DNA from: a virus
Taxonomy: Duplodnaviria > Caudoviricetes
Strand: one strand, 5' to 3'
Length of the DNA: 46,959 nt
IMG/VR virus record: IMGVR_UViG_3300036803_000051
Location: 1-46,959 of that record
The translations under genes and the position numbers were made by a program. The notes under the pieces were generated by a model. That model was not told where the DNA came from. It ran no database searches and was given only the letters and a program-made list of their open reading frames with translations. Shown here piece after piece: positions 41,818 through 46,959 of this stretch (position 1 is its first letter; every line of letters begins with the position of its first letter).

Positions 41818-42420
41818 TTAGTTTCCCCAGTAGCTGGCGCAGGCCTGCTCGTAAATCCCTGCGATGGTCCGGAAGGCTCCGGCTGCGTCTGTCATCTGCG
41901 CATCGCCCTGACGCTCCCTTGCGTGCTCCAAAGCCTTGATTGCCAGATAGTCAGCAATAGGAGGCGGAATCAGCACGTTCGGCGAGGCCGCCGTGAGTAT
42001 CGGACCTTCCTGCTGATAGAGGAGTTGCAGGGCAGTTCCGGAAGCCGGAGGCGCGTAGAGCCGGATGAATCCCATTCCCAGCGCGTTGCCTACCCACCGG
42101 GTGGGCGTGGCCGAGGCCGCATCTTCCCAGTTGGTATCGAATGCTTCCAACTCGCGCGCGGTCGAAGGCTTCAGGATCGTTCCGTCAATCGCCGCCGCGA
42201 TGATTGCGATATGCGACGTGGGCAATTCATAGAGCGGCTGATTGGCTACAATTGCCGTGGTGTCGTCGAAAACTGCAATCAGCAGGAAGCGGTTCGTCAG
42301 ATTCCCGAGGCTTGTTTCGGCGTACTGATAGAGTTCGTCCTGGCTCCAGTAAAGGAGGTTCGTGACGTTCTCTGAATTCAAACTGGTGGCGATCCAGGGG
42401 ATTAGCGTCGAGAAATCCAT
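41818..42420 (-). CDS. Head-tail adaptor protein
   Basis: WSQDELYQY, YELPT, WEDAASATPTRW, IRLYAPP motifs. Confidence 0.65.
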   Translation of the reverse strand: MDFSTLIPWIATSLNSENVTNLLYWSQDELYQYAETSLGNLTNRFLLIAVFDDTTAIVANQPLYELPTSHIAIIAAAIDGTILKPSTARELEAFDTNWEDAASATPTRWVGNALGMGFIRLYAPPASGTALQLLYQQEGPILTAASPNVLIPPPIADYLAIKALEHARERQGDAQMTDAAGAFRTIAGIYEQACASYWGN

Positions 42421-43178
42421 GGCGTCCTCGATACGTCGGGCATCGTGAGTTCCGGCGGCAGCCGGTCATAACCGCAGGCCTTCGAACGCGCCCGCACTTC
42501 ATCGGCGCGCATCTTACAGAGGTCGGTGAAGTTCGTCAGCATCGGCATGGCCGCCTGCAATTCCTGGCCGCCCTCGTTGCATCGCAGCCTGAAGGTCGCG
42601 TAAGAGATCAGCGCCGAATGGTCCGCTTCCGGAATCTCCGGCACGTCCGCGTCGAGCACCAGCGTCACGGTCGATCGAGCGTAAGTGATGAGCAGCTTCT
42701 GGCCTTCCTGCGTCGGGCTTCGATCCAAGAAGAGCAAGTCCCAGCCGAGGCAGCCGTACCTTGAAGGAGTCCCGGTGTCCGAGATCCAGGTGTTCGAGAG
42801 CGCCGCCATCTGGTAGGCCGTCGCGGGCTTGAGTTTCGGGGCCGTCGTCGAGGTCAGGCCGGAATACGCCTGCTCATTGAACATCGCCGCATCGTTGTCT
42901 TGCGTGTCGAACTCGTTGGTGTTCCCGGTCGCCGTGTCGTTCGATAGCCGCACGCGCAACGGCACGAGCCAGTGCGTCCAACCCTCAGTCAGCATGCGGT
43001 AGAACTTCACGCCAGGCGTCAGCACGAACTCGCGCGTAGTTTCCTGAGATAAAGTCAACAGGCTGTAAAGCCGTTGCCCCTCGTTGATCGCAGCGGTAGC
43101 CGCCGCTTGCCACGCGGCATCGGTGGTCGAGACTTCGAGCCGGGTCAAGACCCGAGTGCGGATGTCGGCTAAGTTCAC
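42402..43178 (-). CDS. Head-tail adaptor protein
   Basis: MNLADIRTRV, AINEGQR, GTPSRY, DVPEIPEADHSALISYA motifs. Confidence 0.7.
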   Translation of the reverse strand: MNLADIRTRVLTRLEVSTTDAAWQAAATAAINEGQRLYSLLTLSQETTREFVLTPGVKFYRMLTEGWTHWLVPLRVRLSNDTATGNTNEFDTQDNDAAMFNEQAYSGLTSTTAPKLKPATAYQMAALSNTWISDTGTPSRYGCLGWDLLFLDRSPTQEGQKLLITYARSTVTLVLDADVPEIPEADHSALISYATFRLRCNEGGQELQAAMPMLTNFTDLCKMRADEVRARSKACGYDRLPPELTMPDVSRTPWISRR

Positions 43179-43179
43179 G

Positions 43180-45342
43180 TTAGTTGCGTCCGATGCAGAC
43201 GTAGATGTAGCTCAAGGTGACGGCGCTCGCCTGGTGAATGGTCAGCACGGTATTGGTGATGGTGACCCAATGCACGCCGGCCGCTGTTGGGTCGGTAAGC
43301 GGCGTAATCGTGCAGAGCGGCGGGCTCGTGTAAGTTCCGGCGAAGGCGTACGTCCCGGTGGTGGCCGCGGTAAGCGTAACCGTCCCCGTAAGATCGGTAT
43401 TGGAACCGGTGCCCGTCTTCAGGGTGGGCGAGAGGACGCCATCGGCCAAGGTGACCAGGCCGGTCTGGCGCGCGACATTCACCGGGCAATCGATCAGCGA
43501 AGAGGCATCGCTATAACGGCACCAGGCGAGATTCGTCCCGGCGTTGCTGCCGGTTTCCGATCCCGAGGTGAATTGATACCAGCGCGTTCCGCCTGGTATT
43601 CCGTTGAAGTAAATGCCGGTATTCCGGGAATGCGTGTGATCGCCCGAGGACTTGAGATTTCCCAGCAGATTGCCGCTTCCGTCGTACCAGTCGATCAGGT
43701 CGCTAGAGGCTTGGTTCGGTCCCGCATGAATTCCCAGCGAGGTGATCCCGGTGTTCGCGTCCAGATTCTCAAACTCGAAATAGTGGTCATTGTGCGTCGG
43801 ATTCATCCCGAACAGGATGGACGAGTCCACCTGTTTGATGCTGGTGAAGCCCAGCACGCCGGCGGCGTCCCCAGGCAGGGCCGTATTGGCTGCGTCGGTC
43901 GAGTAGTTGTGGTCGAAGAAGGCATGCACCTTAAAACGGTTAGGCGCGCTGACGGTCAGGATTCCGGCTGTCGCCCCATCGAATACGTTATCTTTGATCG
44001 CCATCCAGACAGCCGTTTGAAAGTTGGTGGTGTTCGAAATCGTTACCGTCATCGGATACGCCGTGCTGCTGGCGCCGAAAGCGAATAGAGCGGTATTCGC
44101 CGAGAAAACGATGCCGTTGGCGATCAGGGCTTTGGTCCCCGTGTTCACCATATTGAAGATCAGTCCGTCCGGGAATCCGATAACGCCGCCATCGAATAAC
44201 ATTCGATTGCCGTGTACGTTCAGCCCGTTGAGAATGTTGGTTGCCGCGGCCGTCAGCGAATCGTCGAACGTGGCGATAATGTTCTGCTGTTCAAAGAATG
44301 AATCGGCAATTTCAATATTGGATGTGATCCCGGAAAACCTGAACACCGAGCCGGTATGATTGAAGGAATCGCCGCCCTGGTACAGCAGAACCGCACAGCC
44401 CTGGAAATCGAAGGCCGCGACCGTGCTGTTATTGGTGATCACGTGCATCAGGTTCATGATGTTGCACCCGCTGCAGAACCAATTCACGCCGAATGATCCG
44501 CCGCCCGATGTCAGGACCGATACGTTGTGAAACTCGCCCTCGCTCAGTTCGTAAGTTTCCAGGCCGTACGTAACGGTGTGGTTCACTTCGAAGGCGATGT
44601 CTTCGACAACCGGGTTGTAGATGAAGTTGCCGAACCCGGCCCCGTTTCCGTTCTTCCACAGCCAGCCGGTTCCGGTTCCGGTATAGAGCATGATGCTCGC
44701 CCCGGCCGCCTGGCCGCCAGCACCGCGCAGGTGCAGCGACTGGTTGCCGATGTTCATATTCAGGGTCGCGGAGTGAACACAGGTTACCCCGGTCGGTACA
44801 TTCAGCGTCTTCGAGTGGCCGATGGCATAGGTAATCGCGGTTTGCAGGGCTGTCGAGTCGTCGGTCGATCCGTCGCACTTGGCGCCAAAGTCGCGGACGT
44901 TTACCATCTCGTTGTGCAGTTTGGTTTCAATGGCGATGGTTTCGGCAGCCCCTTGGTTCTGATGCCACGCGACTACGCGCCCTTGTACTTTAGCTCCTGC
45001 GATGTGTGAGGCAGCAGCTCCTGCGCCATTCGCCGTATCGGTTCCGCGCCCGTCTACGTTGGGGCAGGCCGAGACGCCGACTGTCAGGTGCGTGCCGTCA
45101 GGAATGGCGCAAACTGCCACGATCTCGGAGTCAATCGTTGCGCGCGAGCCTACCTTGAAGCCGCTCGAAGACGACACCGGAAGGCTGGTCGCGGTCGCAT
45201 TGACGCCGGTCGCCAGCACGGTTTCCGCGCGGTTCGAGGCCACGCCCATTTGAGCCGTGGTGGAAACTGCGCCGGGGAAGTTGGCGGTGTTCTGCGCCTT
45301 GGCGGCCAAAGCAGCCAAGAGGATGAGAGTAAGTTTTCGCAT
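43180..45342 (-). CDS. Tailspike-like pectin-lyase-fold depolymerase with N-terminal signal peptide
   Basis: VNVRDFGAKCDGSTDDSTALQTAI motif, beta-helix body, tail-fibre-type C-terminus; N-terminus MRKLTLILLAALAAKA/Q. Confidence 0.78.
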   Translation of the reverse strand: MRKLTLILLAALAAKAQNTANFPGAVSTTAQMGVASNRAETVLATGVNATATSLPVSSSSGFKVGSRATIDSEIVAVCAIPDGTHLTVGVSACPNVDGRGTDTANGAGAAASHIAGAKVQGRVVAWHQNQGAAETIAIETKLHNEMVNVRDFGAKCDGSTDDSTALQTAITYAIGHSKTLNVPTGVTCVHSATLNMNIGNQSLHLRGAGGQAAGASIMLYTGTGTGWLWKNGNGAGFGNFIYNPVVEDIAFEVNHTVTYGLETYELSEGEFHNVSVLTSGGGSFGVNWFCSGCNIMNLMHVITNNSTVAAFDFQGCAVLLYQGGDSFNHTGSVFRFSGITSNIEIADSFFEQQNIIATFDDSLTAAATNILNGLNVHGNRMLFDGGVIGFPDGLIFNMVNTGTKALIANGIVFSANTALFAFGASSTAYPMTVTISNTTNFQTAVWMAIKDNVFDGATAGILTVSAPNRFKVHAFFDHNYSTDAANTALPGDAAGVLGFTSIKQVDSSILFGMNPTHNDHYFEFENLDANTGITSLGIHAGPNQASSDLIDWYDGSGNLLGNLKSSGDHTHSRNTGIYFNGIPGGTRWYQFTSGSETGSNAGTNLAWCRYSDASSLIDCPVNVARQTGLVTLADGVLSPTLKTGTGSNTDLTGTVTLTAATTGTYAFAGTYTSPPLCTITPLTDPTAAGVHWVTITNTVLTIHQASAVTLSYIYVCIGRN

Positions 45343-45347
45343 GTTCG

Positions 45348-46208
45348 TTATCGGCACCAACGCTTCGCGCGGTGTCGCGTGTAATAGTCCGAAAGGGTCA
45401 GTTCAGCCGGTCCCATTCTGCGGGCCTCATTGGCTCGCATTTGTTTGAGGGCATTCGCCGCGGCGACGTTGGCCAGTTGGGCGCCGGTGTAGTCTTTGAG
45501 ATCAGCTTTGGCCAGCGCCACCACCCGCTGGATCAATGCGGATGGCTCCAGCCAAACCTGCATGATCGTTGCGGTTGCAGTGGGAGAATCGCTGTCGGCC
45601 AGGTATGTGAATGGAATGCCAACCGCGGTGGACGGCACCGGATACAATTCCACCTGCATCCCAGGCGGCGTGGACCCATCGTCCATATAGCTCGCCCAGT
45701 AGAGCGGGGTCCCGGTCTGCGATCGCGTAGGGGCGCTGTCGTTCAGTTGGCCGTGAGAGATCCGCGTCAATCCGCCGAAAGAATTGGAGAAGGCGTCGTC
45801 CGGAAGCAGGCGGCAATTGCTGGGAAGCGAATAGATCGCCTGGAACACGGAGTATCCAGCCGTCGCCGCAGTCGGGCCTTCGAAGACCCGGTCCAGCGTG
45901 GCCGTCGTCGCACCGGTGAAAGTAAATTCGTAGTACTCGTCGCGGCCCGTCACCCGAAAGGCCCGGCCCGTCATGCCCGCTATCCACGTGGTCCCCGTGC
46001 CCGTCACTGCATTCGAGCCTTGCGTCACGGCCACGGTGCCCGTGGTGTACGGCGCGTTGGTGAGCAGCATCCCCTGGACTGTCTGCCGCGACCAGGAGAG
46101 TTCCGCGAGGATGTCCTGGTAGCAATCGGAGATCCAGCCTTCCAATACGTCGGGGTTAATCGACGGGAATAATTGGCTTACGCGAAGCCGTAGCTGTCCA
46201 TAGGTCAT
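45348..46208 (-). CDS. Head-tail adaptor protein with beta-strand insert
   Basis: MTYGQLRLRV, GTVAVTQGSNAVTGTGTTW insert, YSLPSN, GTPLYW, VELYPVP motifs. Confidence 0.7.
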   Translation of the reverse strand: MTYGQLRLRVSQLFPSINPDVLEGWISDCYQDILAELSWSRQTVQGMLLTNAPYTTGTVAVTQGSNAVTGTGTTWIAGMTGRAFRVTGRDEYYEFTFTGATTATLDRVFEGPTAATAGYSVFQAIYSLPSNCRLLPDDAFSNSFGGLTRISHGQLNDSAPTRSQTGTPLYWASYMDDGSTPPGMQVELYPVPSTAVGIPFTYLADSDSPTATATIMQVWLEPSALIQRVVALAKADLKDYTGAQLANVAAANALKQMRANEARRMGPAELTLSDYYTRHRAKRWCR

Positions 46209-46390
46209 TTAAAAGTTTTTCCTGATCCGCCCTGATCCACGCGGAAAATGCTGTTGGTCCCGGTCGTGCCCGAAGTTCCGCGGAACACGTCACTGCTCCC
46301 CGGTGACTGATCGACGCGAAAAATGCGATTGATGGCCACGGGCTTTACGATGCAGGCGCCGCCCATCCAGAAAGCGAGAAGGCTTCTCAC
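46205..46390 (-). CDS. Small hypothetical virion protein
   Basis: 61 aa, coupled on both sides; IFRVDQ occurs twice. Confidence 0.55.
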   Translation of the reverse strand: MRSLLAFWMGGACIVKPVAINRIFRVDQSPGSSDVFRGTSGTTGTNSIFRVDQGGSGKTFK

Positions 46391-46959
46391 GCAGGATCAT
46401 TCCCGGTAATCGGAACCGCGGCGGGATCGGTCGAAACAACTCCAGTCCATGCGCTGGTTGTGTCGTCTTCTTTCGTGACTGTCAATGTGCCGCCCGATAC
46501 GCTCCACTTGTTCCGCAGGAACCGGAGGGCATTCAGAGGGCTTCTGGCCGCTTCGCCCGATACCGCCGACATGTCGCGCTTCAGAAGAGCGTCGGCATTG
46601 GCCGTTGCGGTCGGAAGCGCCGCCACGTTGGTTAGGAGCGTGGTTGTGCCGGGCGTGTCTGCGCCGGCATAAGTTGACCGGCTGGAAATCAGCGCGTCAA
46701 TATTGGTCACCAGCAGTTTGCCGATGCTGCCCGCCGTGGTCAGCGCCGAGGTCAGCGCATCCCAGATGGCCTGCACGGCCGCGGCAGAGAGCCCATACCC
46801 TGTCTTATCGTTGTTGGTGCTTACCGTGACGCCCGCGGTTACCGAGCCCACGGCGCCGGTTACTGCGGCCGCGGTCGGAGTGGAAGCGGTGCAGGCCGTG
46901 GTAACGCTGGTTTTCATGGTTGCCGACAGGTCGCCGGTCACCGAGACGGCCGCGGTTAC
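46387..46959 (-). CDS. Virion structural protein, 3' part of the junction-spanning gene
   Basis: In frame with 1..751; Ala/Thr/Gly-rich; ends ...LRNKWSVSGGTLTVTKEDDTTSAW. Confidence 0.85.
   Translation of the reverse strand, partial: VTAAVSVTGDLSATMKTSVTTACTASTPTAAAVTGAVGSVTAGVTVSTNNDKTGYGLSAAAVQAIWDALTSALTTAGSIGKLLVTNIDALISSRSTYAGADTPGTTTLLTNVAALPTATANADALLKRDMSAVSGEAARSPLNALRFLRNKWSVSGGTLTVTKEDDTTSAWTGVVSTDPAAVPITGNDPA
46848..46959 (+). repeat. Terminal direct repeat, right copy
   Basis: Identical to 1-112. Confidence 0.97.

Larger units (their letters stand above)
1..46959. mobile_element. Complete circularly permuted podovirus-like phage genome (~46,847 bp unit)
   Basis: Identical 112-bp ends; terminase, portal, capsid, tail, lysis and replication modules all present; no host housekeeping genes seen. 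Confidence 0.93.

Noticed and set aside
37136-45342. DGR or invertase-driven tail-fibre variation
   Set aside because: No reverse transcriptase, no TR/VR pair and no inverted repeats noticed around the fibre genes; the recombinase is over 10 kb away

Overview
The window is an apparently complete, circularly permuted tailed-phage genome. Bases 1-112 are identical to 46848-46959, giving a unit length of 46,847 bp, and one structural gene reads through the junction. The architecture is podovirus-like: there is no tape-measure or sheath gene, but there are head-tail adaptors, a nozzle-like protein, a GNAT and three DNA-ejection proteins. A ~34 kb minus-strand late operon runs from ~18.7 kb through the junction to 31.4 kb: KTSC, lysis/glycan genes, terminase, portal, scaffold, capsid, adaptors, tailspike, nozzle, fibre and ejection proteins. 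A ~12.5 kb early/accessory region (18.8-31.4 kb) holds a replication initiator with an internal palindromic-iteron origin, a small serine recombinase beside a res-like site, an SSAP-like/Gp157 pair and many microproteins. No integrase, CI-like repressor, tRNA, CRISPR array or reverse transcriptase was recognised. The most notable unexplained signals are: (i) a tailspike-type protein and an alpha/alpha-toroid enzyme that both carry Sec-type signal peptides; (ii) a 50-bp element present exactly at both ends of the late operon, each copy paired with a second shared motif, one pair enclosing a hidden 48-aa ORF; (iii) nested direct repeats bounding small-gene cassettes; (iv) several structured, SD-sequestering RNA candidates; (v) a Zn-ribbon/HEPN-like gene pair. 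An Acidobacteriota-like host is only a weak guess. All family calls come from motif recognition by eye; no searches were run.
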